A stretch of DNA of 48,306 nucleotides from an uncultured Rikenellaceae bacterium. GTDB taxonomy: Bacteria; Bacteroidota; Bacteroidia; Bacteroidales; Rikenellaceae. Position 1 is the stretch's first letter; every line of letters starts with the position of its first letter. Both the position numbers and the translations under genes were made by a program. The DNA lies in assembly GCA_947176715.1 (NCBI GenBank), contig CAMWRR010000001.1, forward strand, positions 1 to 48,306, read 5' to 3'. The notes under the pieces were generated by a model. That model did no database searches and was not told the DNA's origin. It saw only the letters and a program-made list of their open reading frames with translations. Shown piece after piece: positions 1 through 9,320 of this stretch.

Positions 1-61
1 GTTTTAACAGATGCGGTTGGGTACCTTCAGTGAATAACGCTTATAACTTCGTGACTCTCAC

Positions 62-136
62 TTGCGGGCCTCCGTGCGGGGGAGGCTCCGGCCCGCTCGG
101 CCCCTTCGCTACTCTACGGGTCCGCCAAGCGGAAAG
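62..136 (+). repeat. Interspersed intergenic repeat, copy 1: hairpin module H (62-94) followed by module K (120-136)
   Basis: TTGCGGGCCTCCGT at 62-75 is identical to 16337-16350 and 42581-42594. The 33-nt core matches copy 3 at 28 positions. GTCCGCCAAGCGGAAAG at 120-136 matches 42544-42559 apart from one substitution and one 1-nt indel. Confidence 0.6.
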
Positions 137-208
137 TGTTTGATGACCTCGCATTCGCTCGGACCGCATCCGGTAACGAATATAAGTTTTACCGGACAGT
201 AATAATAG

Positions 209-250
209 ATAATAAAAGAGCCTCGTTAAGATCTTAACGAGGCTCTTTCG
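209..250 (-). terminator. Rho-independent terminator downstream of the DUF1015 gene
   Basis: Near-perfect inverted repeat AAGAGCCTCGTTAAG / CTTAACGAGGCTCTT (216-247). On the minus strand it is followed by a T-rich run (TTTTATTATC), 12 nt past the stop at 262. Confidence 0.75.
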
Positions 251-261
251 TGTTAAATGTA

Positions 262-1500
262 TTACTCCAGAGAGTGGATGACCAGTCCGGAGCGGAGCTT
301 AGGCTCGAACCACGTTGTTTTTGGGGGCATTATGTTGCCTGAGTCGGCAATGTCTACCAGCTGTTTCATAGATACGGGGTAGAGTGCGAATGCCACCGCC
401 ATACCGCCGTTGTCGACACGCTCTTTGAGTTCGCCGAGCCCGCGGATGCCGCCTACGAAGTCTATGCGTTTGTCGGTGCGCAGGTCTTTGATGCCTAACA
501 GCTTGTCGAGTACGAGGTTAGAGAGTATGGTAACGTCGAGTACGCCTATGGGGTCGCTGTCGTCGTAACGCCCCTCGCGTGCTTTGAGTCTGTACCACTC
601 GCCGCCTATATACATGCTGAACTCATGCAGGGCCGACGGCTTGACTATCTCCTTGCCCTCGCGGGTGACGATGAAATCCTCGTCGAGAGCGGCGATGAAC
701 TGCTCGGGAGTCATGCCGTTGAGGTCTTTGACCACGCGGTTGTAGTCTATGATTTTGAGCTGGTTCTCGGGGAATATCACAGAGAGGAAGTAGCAATACT
801 CCTCATTGCCGGTGTGGTTGGGGTTCTGCTTCATCTTCTCGCCTCCCACTAACGCGGCGGCGGCGGTACGATGATGACCGTCCGCCACATACAGGGCTGG
901 CATGGCGGCGAATATCTCCGTTATGCGGTCGATGATGGCGCGGTCGCGTATCACCCAGAAGTGGTGGCCGAAACCGTCCTCAGCCACGAAGTCGTACTCC
1001 GGAGCACCCTTTGTCACCGACGACACTATGGCGTCTATCTCGGCATTGGCCGGATGGCTGAAGAATACGGGCTCTATGTTGGCGTTCTGGTTGCGGACAT
1101 GCTTCATGCGGTCCTCCTCCTTGTCTTTGCGCGTCAGCTCGTGCTTCTTTATCTTGCCGGTGAGGTAGTCGTCGAAGTGACAGCACGCCACAAGGCCGTA
1201 TTGCGTGCGTCCGTCCATCGTCTGGGCGTAGACGTAATAGCAATCCTCGGGGTCCCCTACGAGCCAGCCGCGCTCCTGCCACAGACGGAAGTTCTCCACC
1301 GCCTTGTCGTAGACCTGCTGGGAGTGCTCGTCGGCGATGGGGTCGAAATCTATCTCCGGCTTGATGATGTGCAACAGCGACTTCTCGCCCGCTTCGGCCT
1401 TGGCCTCCTGCGAGTTGAGCACGTCGTAAGGGCGCGAGGCAACCTGCGATGCGTACTCTTTGGGAGGTCTGATGCCTTTGAAAGGTTTTATCTTTACCAT
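262..1500 (-). CDS. DUF1015 domain-containing protein
   Basis: 412 aa ORF with an ATG start. The N-terminus MVKIKPFKGIRP...ASRPYDVLNSQEA is typical of DUF1015. It sits directly downstream of serC-serA, as in other Bacteroidota. Confidence 0.85.
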   Translation of the reverse strand: MVKIKPFKGIRPPKEYASQVASRPYDVLNSQEAKAEAGEKSLLHIIKPEIDFDPIADEHSQQVYDKAVENFRLWQERGWLVGDPEDCYYVYAQTMDGRTQYGLVACCHFDDYLTGKIKKHELTRKDKEEDRMKHVRNQNANIEPVFFSHPANAEIDAIVSSVTKGAPEYDFVAEDGFGHHFWVIRDRAIIDRITEIFAAMPALYVADGHHRTAAAALVGGEKMKQNPNHTGNEEYCYFLSVIFPENQLKIIDYNRVVKDLNGMTPEQFIAALDEDFIVTREGKEIVKPSALHEFSMYIGGEWYRLKAREGRYDDSDPIGVLDVTILSNLVLDKLLGIKDLRTDKRIDFVGGIRGLGELKERVDNGGMAVAFALYPVSMKQLVDIADSGNIMPPKTTWFEPKLRSGLVIHSLE

Positions 1501-1513
1501 AATAATATACGTT

Positions 1514-1542
1514 AAAAATCTCCCCGCAAAATGACGGGGAGA
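1514..1542 (-). terminator. Hairpin terminator or attenuator between serA and the DUF1015 gene
   Basis: Stem TCTCCCCG (1519-1526) / CGGGGAGA (1534-1541), with TTTTT following on the minus strand. Confidence 0.6.
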
Positions 1543-1547
1543 GATTG

Positions 1548-2459
1548 CTATTTGTTAACCTGGAATGTGGTGTCGCCCGTGGCGAAGAAGCCCACTATCT
1601 GACGTGCCGCGGCCAAACCTGCGTTGATGTTGGCTTCGGCCGTCTCGGCACCCATCTTCTTGGGTGTGGCGAAGACGCGTGTGCCGAACTTCTCGCGCAA
1701 GGCGTCGTAGTTGTCGGGCTTGACGTCGGTGGCGTATTTGAGGTCGGGTCTCTCTTCGAGCACCGCCATGAGGTCGGCCTCGTTGATCACATCCTTGCGG
1801 GCCGTGTTGACTATGATGGCACCTTTGGGCAGGAGCGAGAGCAACGAACGTCCCACCATTCCGCGGGTCTGCTCGGTAGAGGGCAGATGTATCGACAGCA
1901 CGTCGCTGACCTTGTAAAGCTCCTCGGCGGTAGCGAGGGGATAGTCGCACTCTGGGTCGGTAATGGGACGGCGACCCGAGGCATACACCGTCATACCGAA
2001 GCCGTGTGCGTAGCGTGCCACCAACTTGCCGATGTTGCCGAAAGCGTGGCATCCCATTCTCTTGCCGGCTATCTCCGAACCTGTCCCCGGATTGAACTGG
2101 TTGCGGGCCATGTAGATAGCCATCGCGATAGCCAGCTCGGCCACGGCATTGGAGTTCTGACCCGGGGTGTTCATCACCACTATGCCGCGCTCGGTGGCGG
2201 CGGCAAGGTCTACATTGTCGTAACCGGCACCCGCACGCACCACTATCTTGAGCTTGGGTGCGGCGGCTATGACCTCGGCGGTTATCTTGTCGCTGCGTAT
2301 GATTACAGCCTCCGCATCGGCCACGGCGGCGAGCAACTGGCTCTTGTCGGTGTACTTCTCGAGCAAGGCGAGCTCATGACCGGCACCTGTCACTATATCC
2401 TTTATGCCCCCTACGGCCGCTGCCGAGAAGGGCTTTTCTGTCGCAAGCAATATCTTCAT
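1548..2459 (-). CDS. serA: D-3-phosphoglycerate dehydrogenase (short form, D-isomer 2-hydroxyacid dehydrogenase family)
   Basis: 303 aa. Contains RAGAGYDNVD and a GNIG-type NAD-binding motif, and is adjacent to serC. Confidence 0.9.
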   Translation of the reverse strand: MKILLATEKPFSAAAVGGIKDIVTGAGHELALLEKYTDKSQLLAAVADAEAVIIRSDKITAEVIAAAPKLKIVVRAGAGYDNVDLAAATERGIVVMNTPGQNSNAVAELAIAMAIYMARNQFNPGTGSEIAGKRMGCHAFGNIGKLVARYAHGFGMTVYASGRRPITDPECDYPLATAEELYKVSDVLSIHLPSTEQTRGMVGRSLLSLLPKGAIIVNTARKDVINEADLMAVLEERPDLKYATDVKPDNYDALREKFGTRVFATPKKMGAETAEANINAGLAAARQIVGFFATGDTTFQVNK

Positions 2460-2464
2460 GACTG

Positions 2465-3535
2465 TTAACCTTTTATCTTAGCGAACTCACGCATAGTGTC
2501 GACAAGGGCCTGAACACCCTCTACCGACATGGCGTTGTAGGTAGAGGCGCGGAAACCGCCCACCAGACGGTGCCCCTTGATGCCGACCATGCCGCGTTCG
2601 GTAGCGAAAGTGCGGAACTCGTCGGCCAAATCCTCGAAGCCGTCGTTCATGACGAAACAGATGTTCATCAAAGAGCGGTCCTCCTTGACAGCCGTGCCCT
2701 TGAAGAGGGGGTTGGAGTCTATCTCGTCGTATAGTATCTCGGCCTTCTTGCGGTTGATCTTCTCCATCTCCTTTACGCCGCCCAAGCCTTTGAGCCAGCG
2801 GAGCGTCTCGCGCATTACGAATATCGGGAATACGGGAGGGGTGTTGTACATTGAGCCGTTGTCGATGTGCAGGCGGTAGTCCACCATGCTGGGCAGTTTG
2901 CGCGATACCTTGCCGAGTATATCTTCGCGTACTATCACGAACGTTACGCCAGCGGGTGCGAGATTCTTCTGCGCGCCGCCGTATATGAGTCCGTATTTGC
3001 TTACGTCTACGGGACGGCTGAGTATATCGGAGCTCATGTCGGCCACCAGTGTCACGGGAGAGTCTATGTCGGTGTGGTACTCGGTGCCGTAGATGGTGTT
3101 ATTGGTGGTTATGTGCAGGTAGTCGAGGTCGGAGGGTATGTCAAACCCTTTGGGTATGTAGGTGAAGTTCTTGTCTTCAGACGACGCCACGCATACCGTC
3201 TCGCCGAAGTTGGCCGCCTCTTTCATGGCCTTCTTGGCCCATACGCCCGTGTTGACATAACCGGCCTTTTTCTCGAGTAGGTTGTAGGGTATGTGGAAGA
3301 ACTGGGTGCTGGCACCGCCTCCGAGGAAGAGAACGTGATAGCCCTCGGGCACTCCCAACAGCTCCTTGAACAGAGCCACCGTCTCGTCCATCACTGCCTG
3401 AAACTCCTTTGAACGGTGAGATACCTCCAGTATGGAGAGTCCTATGCCGTCGAAATCGAGGACGGCCTTTGCTGCATTCTCGAATGCGATGCGGGGTAGT
3501 ATTGAGGGACCCGCGCTGAAATTAACTTTGCCCAT
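2465..3535 (-). CDS. serC: Phosphoserine aminotransferase
   Basis: 356 aa with an N-terminal [10 protein letters not shown] motif. Class V aminotransferase length and layout, next to serA. Confidence 0.93.
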   Translation of the reverse strand: MGKVNFSAGPSILPRIAFENAAKAVLDFDGIGLSILEVSHRSKEFQAVMDETVALFKELLGVPEGYHVLFLGGGASTQFFHIPYNLLEKKAGYVNTGVWAKKAMKEAANFGETVCVASSEDKNFTYIPKGFDIPSDLDYLHITTNNTIYGTEYHTDIDSPVTLVADMSSDILSRPVDVSKYGLIYGGAQKNLAPAGVTFVIVREDILGKVSRKLPSMVDYRLHIDNGSMYNTPPVFPIFVMRETLRWLKGLGGVKEMEKINRKKAEILYDEIDSNPLFKGTAVKEDRSLMNICFVMNDGFEDLADEFRTFATERGMVGIKGHRLVGGFRASTYNAMSVEGVQALVDTMREFAKIKG

Positions 3536-3901
3536 AGAAATGTTTTTAATGCCCGTTTACAGGGCGATGAACGTATGTGTTTGTTAAATAATATCCGTTA
3601 TCGATTTACAATTATAATAATTTTTTGTCAAAAAACGAAATAAATGTTAAATTTTCTTCGATTTCGGGCGAATTAATTTCAGAACACACCGGTATTCGGG
3701 GTTAACAGCCCCGTTTCCGAACCGACGTTATACCGGTTAATACGTTATGGCTAAGGTAAAAGCGGGAGTCAAGCAACTTATCGTAGTTCGTCGCCTCGAA
3801 ACAGTAAGGCGGCGACCGTTTCATCCCTCCGGGGCGTGGATGCGGACACACCGTTAAGGGTGTTATCCCGTATTCCGCCTGTAGTGGAAATTTCCGACAC
3901 G

Positions 3902-3939
3902 AAACAAAAACACCCCGAAAGCCGAAACTTCCGGGGTGT
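3902..3939 (-). terminator. Rho-independent terminator of rpmE
   Basis: Stem ACACCCCG (3910-3917) / CGGGGTGT (3932-3939), followed on the minus strand by TTTTTGTTT. It starts about 24 nt past the rpmE stop. Confidence 0.8.
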
Positions 3940-3962
3940 ATCTTCAGAAACCTGCGCAACGC

Positions 3963-4232
3963 TTATTGCTGCTGTTTCTTCTTATCGTAGTGCTTTTGGT
4001 AGCGGCTCATAAACTTATCAACGCGTCCTGCGGTGTCGACGAGCTTCATCTTACCGGTATAGAAAGGGTGTGATGAGCTTGATACCTCGACTTTGAAAAC
4101 GGGATAGGTTTCGCCGTTCACTTCTATGTCTTCTTTGGTCTGAACGGCGGCCCTGCACAAAAACGTAGTGTCGTTCGACATGTCTTTGAACGCCACGATA
4201 CGATAATTTTCAGGATGGATACCTTTTTTCAT
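3963..4232 (-). CDS. rpmE: 50S ribosomal protein L31, type B (no CxxC zinc motif)
   Basis: MKKGIHPENY...HPFYTG is a conserved L31 signature. I chose the internal ATG at 4230-4232 rather than the ORF-track start, because a -7 box at 4261-4268 lies inside the longer ORF. Confidence 0.93.
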   Translation of the reverse strand: MKKGIHPENYRIVAFKDMSNDTTFLCRAAVQTKEDIEVNGETYPVFKVEVSSSSHPFYTGKMKLVDTAGRVDKFMSRYQKHYDKKKQQQ

Positions 4233-4260
4233 TGTGCTGTGTTTTGTTGTTTTCCGGTTG

Positions 4261-4291
4261 CAAAGGTAACCCATTAATTCGGATTACCAAA
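4261..4291 (-). promoter_or_regulatory. Bacteroidota sigma-A type promoter of rpmE (-33 TTTG / -7 TACCTTTG)
   Basis: On the minus strand, TTTG (4291-4288), a 19-nt spacer, then TACCTTTG (4268-4261). This matches the published Bacteroides consensus TTTG-N19-21-TAnnTTTG and lies about 29 nt upstream of the ATG. Confidence 0.65.
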
Positions 4292-4312
4292 TATATTTTC
4301 GCAAATAAACGG

Positions 4313-5698
4313 CTATTTGCTCTTGATATATGCGTCGATGGCGGCGGCGGCCTTACGTCCGGCCCCCATGGCCAGTATCACCGTTGCGGCACCGGTCACC
4401 GTGTCGCCGCCGGCGAATATGCCGGGACGCGAGGTGGCGCCGTTTTCGTCGGCTACGATACAGCCGCGTCTGTTGGTCTCCAGTCCGTCGGTAGTGGTGG
4501 CTATCAGCGGGTTGGGCGATGTGCCGAGGGCCATTATCACCACGTCGCACTCTATGTCGAACTCCGAGCCGGGCACCTCAACGGGCGAACGACGTCCCGA
4601 TTCGTCGGGCTCGCCCAGCTCCATGCGTACGCAACGCAGGGCCTTGACCCACCCTTTGTCGTCGCCTATCACCTCCACGGGGTTGGTGAGCATACGGAAG
4701 TCGATGCCCTCCTCCTTGGCGTGGTGCACCTCCTCGCGGCGTGCGGGCAGCTCGGCCTCGCCTCGACGGTAGATTATGGTGGCCTCCGCGCCCAGACGCT
4801 TGGCGGTGCGCACGGCATCCATAGCCACGTTACCGCCGCCCACCACGGCCACTCTGTCGCCGGTGTATATGGGGGTGTCGTAAGAGTCGTCGTAGGCGTG
4901 CATGAGGTTGGCGCGCGTGAGGAACTCGTTGGCCGAGACCACGCCGTTGAGGTTCTCGCCCGGTATGTTCATAAAGCGGGGCAGACCGGCGCCCGAGCCT
5001 ATGAATACGGCCTCGTAGCCCTCCTCGTTCATGAGCGAGTCGATGGTGACGGTGCGTCCCACCACCACGTCGGTCTCTATCTCCACGCCGAGCTTCTTGA
5101 CGTTCTCTATCTCCGGAGCCACCACCCCTGCCTTGGGCAGACGAAACTCCGGTATGCCGTATTCGAGCACGCCGCCCGCCTTGTGCAGGGCTTCGAATAT
5201 CTTGACACCGTATCCCGCTTTGGCAAGGTCGGCGGCACATGCCAACGACGCCGGACCGCTACCCACTATGGCCACCTTGTGTCCGTTGGCGGGCTTGCAT
5301 TTTACTTTGAGCGAGCCGGTGTTGCGTCCCCAGTCGCCTATGAAGCGTTCGAGCTTGCCTATTGCCACAGGCTCGCCCTTGATGCCGAGGATGCACGAAC
5401 CCTCGCACTGATTCTCCTGCGGGCATACGCGTCCGCACACCGAGGGGAGCGACGAATCTTCGGCCACAGCGGCGGCGGCTCCGGCGAGGTCTCCGGCGTT
5501 TATCAGCGATATGAACCGGGGTATCTGGAGCGATACGGGGCATGCCTCCACGCAACGCGGCTTACCGCAGTTGAGACAGCGGCTCGCCTCCAGACGCGCC
5601 TCCTGCTCGTTGTAACCGTAACATACCTCCTCGAAATTGGTGGCCCTCACAGCGGGCTCCTGTTCGCGCACGGGGGTGCGCGGTATCTTGTTTGCCAT
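4313..5698 (-). CDS. nfnB: NADPH-dependent glutamate synthase small-subunit homolog / NfnB-like FAD and Fe-S oxidoreductase
   Basis: Contains CLNCGKPRCVEACP and CxxxCEGSC Fe-S motifs and two GxGxxG dinucleotide folds. It is paired with an NfnA-like gene upstream. The ORF-track start at 5719 is GTG, so I used the ATG at 5696-5698 (MANKIPR). Confidence 0.8.
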   Translation of the reverse strand: MANKIPRTPVREQEPAVRATNFEEVCYGYNEQEARLEASRCLNCGKPRCVEACPVSLQIPRFISLINAGDLAGAAAAVAEDSSLPSVCGRVCPQENQCEGSCILGIKGEPVAIGKLERFIGDWGRNTGSLKVKCKPANGHKVAIVGSGPASLACAADLAKAGYGVKIFEALHKAGGVLEYGIPEFRLPKAGVVAPEIENVKKLGVEIETDVVVGRTVTIDSLMNEEGYEAVFIGSGAGLPRFMNIPGENLNGVVSANEFLTRANLMHAYDDSYDTPIYTGDRVAVVGGGNVAMDAVRTAKRLGAEATIIYRRGEAELPARREEVHHAKEEGIDFRMLTNPVEVIGDDKGWVKALRCVRMELGEPDESGRRSPVEVPGSEFDIECDVVIMALGTSPNPLIATTTDGLETNRRGCIVADENGATSRPGIFAGGDTVTGAATVILAMGAGRKAAAAIDAYIKSK

Positions 5699-5752
5699 AA
5701 TTATCCGTTTTTTGTTCACGGAGCCGCGGCCCCGCCTGTTATATTATAGTTG

Positions 5753-6631
5753 TCAGTGCAGACCCACCTTGCATTTGTGACCCTCCAACGCCTCCTGAAC
5801 GGCCTTGGCCTTGCGGCTCTCGATGGTCTTGTACTGGGCCTGACGGCGCATGGCCTCGTCGAAGTCTACCTGATGGCCGTCGAACTCGGGCCCCTCCACG
5901 CATGTGAAGTAGGTTTTGCCGCCCACCGTCACGCGACATGCGCCGCACATTCCGGTGCCGTCCACCATGAGCGAGTTGAGGCTCACTATGGTCTTGATGC
6001 CGTATTTGGCCGTGGTCAGACACACGAACTTCATCATTATCATAGGCCCTATGGCAACCACCACGTCGTAGCTCTTGCCCTCGGCCACGAGCTTCTCGAA
6101 GAGCTGGGTTACCAGACCGTGGAAACCTTCGGAGCCGTCGTCCGTAGCCACGTAGAGGTTGCCGGCCACGGCGCGCATCTCCTCTTGCATTATGAGCAGA
6201 TTCTTGCTCTTGGCCCCCACTATGACATCGGCCTTGACACCCTGCTCGGCGAGCCATTTGACCTGCGGATAGACGGGTGCGGTGCCCAAGCCGCCGGCTA
6301 TGAACATTATGCGTTTGCCGCGCAACTGCTCGATGTTTTCATATACGAACTCGGAGGGACGTCCCAGCGGACCCACGAAGTTGGCGATGCACTCGCCCTC
6401 CTCCAAGGCGCATATACGTGCCGACGAGGCTCCCACCACCTGTGTCACTATGGTTACGGTGCCACGGTCGGTGTCGTAGTCGCAGATGGTGAGCGGGACA
6501 CGCTCCCCGCGTTCGTCCACCCTTACTATCACGAACTGACCGGGACGCGCCGACCGTGCCACGCGGGGCGCCTCCACATCCATCAGGCAGATATTCTCCG
6601 CCAACATTCTCTTTTTTACAATCTTGAACAT
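5753..6631 (-). CDS. nfnA: Sulfide/dihydroorotate dehydrogenase-like FAD/NAD-binding protein (NfnA-like, ferredoxin-NADP reductase fold)
   Basis: 292 aa with a C-terminal DGTGMCGACRV 2Fe-2S motif. Sits immediately upstream of the GltD-like partner. Confidence 0.8.
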   Translation of the reverse strand: MFKIVKKRMLAENICLMDVEAPRVARSARPGQFVIVRVDERGERVPLTICDYDTDRGTVTIVTQVVGASSARICALEEGECIANFVGPLGRPSEFVYENIEQLRGKRIMFIAGGLGTAPVYPQVKWLAEQGVKADVIVGAKSKNLLIMQEEMRAVAGNLYVATDDGSEGFHGLVTQLFEKLVAEGKSYDVVVAIGPMIMMKFVCLTTAKYGIKTIVSLNSLMVDGTGMCGACRVTVGGKTYFTCVEGPEFDGHQVDFDEAMRRQAQYKTIESRKAKAVQEALEGHKCKVGLH

Positions 6632-6672
6632 ACTCTTTATCGTTGAGAGGGCCCTTGCGTCCCAGTCCTGTT

Positions 6673-7743
6673 TTACTTTACGTTAGCCACCGCCCGTAGC
6701 CTTATCACCGGCTCTGTGGGGTCGTTGGTCACCACCGTCACCTCCTCGCTGAGGCGTCCCGCTCCTGCCGGCGATAGCCTTACGGTGAGGGTCGCGCTCT
6801 TGCCCGGCTCTATCTGCCGGGTCGATACCTCGCAGCTCACCTGCGACGACGAACATGTCACGTTCACTATGTCAAGGGTGCGTGTGCCGCCGTTGGTGAG
6901 TGTGAAGCGGTGTGTCAGAGCCTTGCCGCGCGATACCTCGCCGAAGTAACGGAATGTCTCGGAGAGGTCGGCCCGCGGTGTCACTCGACGCTCGTCGGGC
7001 GAGAGCGAGGTGAAGTCGGGCGTGGCTACGCCGTCGGCACGTATGACGGCTACCTCTGCACCGTCGACCCTGAGCTCTATGCGTGCCTTGAAAGGTCCGT
7101 AGGTGTCGCGGCTCTTGAGGTCGTAGGTTATCAATATCTGCCCTTTCGCACCCGGGGCGAGAGAGGAGGGGGCCGTGACGGAGCATACGCCGTCCGTTTT
7201 GGCCTCTATCCTTATGGGTTTGGCGGTGGGGTTATACAGCTCTATCGCCTTGGTGTGTCGGTAGCCCACCGGTATGTTGCCGAAATATACCGAATTGCTC
7301 CCACCGCGAAGCCCCGACGGTGTGAACACCACGGGATAGTCGTCGGCCACGGTGCGCGGACGGCCCGTGACGGTGCCCGTGATGGTTACTATGTCGGTGG
7401 ATTTGCGTCCGTTGCTGACGAGGTATATCTCTTTCTTGAAGTATCCGGGTCTGTCGGCGGGGTCGTACGTGATGCGCAGGGTGGCTTCGCGGCCCGGCAT
7501 CAGGGGGGCCTTGTCGTACGACGGGGTGGTGCATCCGCAGCTCGTCGAGACGAAGTCTATGACGTAGGGCCTGTCGCTTACGTTGCGGTATCTGACGGTG
7601 CATGTGACTATGCCGTCGGTCTCCTTTACGGTGCCGAAGTCGTAGACGGCGGGGGTGAACGTTATCTGCCCCGACGGCCTGTTCTGAGCACCTGCCGTGA
7701 GTGTCGCCGCCAGGCCGAGTATGAATATGACGAATAGTCTCAT
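6673..7743 (-). CDS. Secreted DUF1573 domain-containing protein (three Ig-like repeats)
   Basis: Has an N-terminal signal peptide (MRLFVIFILGLAATLTAGAQ) and the DUF1573 hallmark STSCGCTTP. Beta-rich segments of about 100 aa repeat along the protein. Confidence 0.75.
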   Translation of the reverse strand: MRLFVIFILGLAATLTAGAQNRPSGQITFTPAVYDFGTVKETDGIVTCTVRYRNVSDRPYVIDFVSTSCGCTTPSYDKAPLMPGREATLRITYDPADRPGYFKKEIYLVSNGRKSTDIVTITGTVTGRPRTVADDYPVVFTPSGLRGGSNSVYFGNIPVGYRHTKAIELYNPTAKPIRIEAKTDGVCSVTAPSSLAPGAKGQILITYDLKSRDTYGPFKARIELRVDGAEVAVIRADGVATPDFTSLSPDERRVTPRADLSETFRYFGEVSRGKALTHRFTLTNGGTRTLDIVNVTCSSSQVSCEVSTRQIEPGKSATLTVRLSPAGAGRLSEEVTVVTNDPTEPVIRLRAVANVK

Positions 7744-7746
7744 CTT

Positions 7747-8964
7747 CTATCGGTTTATTACTCCGGAGCCGACCAACTCGCCGTCTTCGGCATACCATGC
7801 GGCGAACTGTCCGGGGGTGATGCCGCGCTGAGGGGTGTCGAACACCGCGTACAGCCCCTCCTCCGCGGCGAAAAGCGTACCGCCCTGCAACGGCTGGCGA
7901 TAGCGTATGCGCATGCCGTAACGTCGCCTCTCTCCCGGCGCCATGCGTTGCGACGGCCTTATCCAGTGGGTCTCGTCGGCCCTTACGAAAAGGGCGCGGC
8001 GTAACAGCCCGGGGTGGGAGTGTCCCTGACCGGTGTATATTATGTTGTTCTCTACGTCTGTGTCTATCACGAAGAGCGGCTCTCTCTTGCCGCCTACGTG
8101 CAGCCCTTTGCGTTGTCCTACCGTGAAGAACTGGGCGCCGTTGTGGGTGCCTACCACCGTGCCGTCGCTCCTGTCGTAGCTATACGGACGCGCCGCCTCC
8201 GACAATGCCGCGGTGTTGAAACCGTAGCTGTCTATGACATCGTCGGGGCTTAGCCTCCTGCCGTCGTAGACGGGTGAGAGGGGCTCTATCTCCACTATGT
8301 CGCCCTTGCGCGCTTTGAGCTTCTGTTGCAGAAACACCGGCAGGTCGACCTTGCCTACGAAGCATATCCCCTGCGAGTCTTTTCGTTTGGCGGTGGCCAG
8401 CTCCATCTCGGCGGCTATGGTCCGCACTGTGGGCTTGTCTATGTCGCCTATGGGGAAGAGGGCGCGAGAGAGCTGCTCCTGCGAGAGCTGACAGAGGAAA
8501 TAGCTCTGGTCTTTGTTGCCGTCGGTGCCTGCGAGCAGACGGTGGGCTACGGTGCCGTCCGCTTCCGTTACGCTCTCTTTGCGGCAATAGTGGCCCGTGG
8601 CTACGTAGTCGGCCCCGAGCTTCAAAGCCTCCTGCACGAAAGCGTCGAACTTTATCTCGCTGTTGCATAGCACGTCGGGGTTGGGGGTGCGGCCACGCTC
8701 ATATTCGGCGAACATGTAGTCGACCACGCGTTCGCGATACTGACGGCTCAGGTCCACCACATGAAACGGTATGTCGAGCTTGCGGGCCACCAGCTCGGCG
8801 AAGATGAGGTCCTCCTCGTAGGGACAGTCGCCCGAGAGGGTGCCCACCGTGTCGTGCCAGTTGCGCATGAATAGGGCCACGACCTCATACCCCTGTCTCT
8901 GGAGCACATAGGCCGCCACGCTCGAATCGACGCCTCCCGATAAACCTATTACGACACGCTTCAT
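7747..8964 (-). CDS. mnmA: tRNA 2-thiouridine(34) synthase
   Basis: Contains the PP-loop [12 protein letters not shown]. The ORF-track start at 8973 is TTG, so I used the ATG at 8962-8964 ([11 protein letters not shown]). Confidence 0.93.
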   Translation of the reverse strand: MKRVVIGLSGGVDSSVAAYVLQRQGYEVVALFMRNWHDTVGTLSGDCPYEEDLIFAELVARKLDIPFHVVDLSRQYRERVVDYMFAEYERGRTPNPDVLCNSEIKFDAFVQEALKLGADYVATGHYCRKESVTEADGTVAHRLLAGTDGNKDQSYFLCQLSQEQLSRALFPIGDIDKPTVRTIAAEMELATAKRKDSQGICFVGKVDLPVFLQQKLKARKGDIVEIEPLSPVYDGRRLSPDDVIDSYGFNTAALSEAARPYSYDRSDGTVVGTHNGAQFFTVGQRKGLHVGGKREPLFVIDTDVENNIIYTGQGHSHPGLLRRALFVRADETHWIRPSQRMAPGERRRYGMRIRYRQPLQGGTLFAAEEGLYAVFDTPQRGITPGQFAAWYAEDGELVGSGVINR

Positions 8965-9026
8965 TGCTGACAATTTACCGACGAACTTACGGCACGTGTA
9001 TCCGCCCCGTCTCTGTTTGTCTTATG

Positions 9027-9034
9027 CAAAGATA
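9027..9034 (-). promoter_or_regulatory. Candidate -7 box (TATCTTTG) for mnmA
   Basis: Minus-strand TATCTTTG lies about 63 nt upstream of the mnmA ATG. There is no clear -33 TTTG. Confidence 0.4.
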
Positions 9035-9232
9035 ATGTTTTTGGGGACACGGTCTCCATTTTGGTCCGATTTTATGTTATTGTCGTCCGGACGCGAATGC
9101 CCGGCTGATGCGCATACCGTCCGGACAGAGGCGCTGCCGCTTGCAATAGGGCGTTTGTGTCCGTCGCGTGGCCGCTGCTTTTCCTGTAAGGCATGTTTTG
9201 TCGATGATTCACACGTAATTATGCCGGCTGTG

Positions 9233-9265
9233 TTTGCCGTACGGCAATAAAATTGATTATATTTG
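9233..9265 (+). promoter_or_regulatory. Bacteroidota-type promoter for the 9321 membrane-protein gene
   Basis: TTTG (9233-9236), a 21-nt spacer, then TATATTTG (9258-9265), 55 nt upstream of the ATG. Confidence 0.6.
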
Positions 9266-9320
9266 CATCCGCTAATGTCGTACGTCAGAGTGCGATGTTT
9301 CCTCACCAAGAACATATCCT

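Noticed and set aside
3702-3959. 85 aa minus-strand ORF in the rpmE-serC spacer
   Set aside because: It spans the rpmE terminator hairpin, has no start context and a low-complexity product. I treat the region as non-coding (see the finding).
4232-5749. 505 aa plus-strand ORF
   Set aside because: It lies entirely antisense to the well-supported nfnB/gltD-like gene. The product is rich in Gly, Ala, His, Val and Arg with no recognisable motif, as expected for shadow ORFs in GC-rich DNA.
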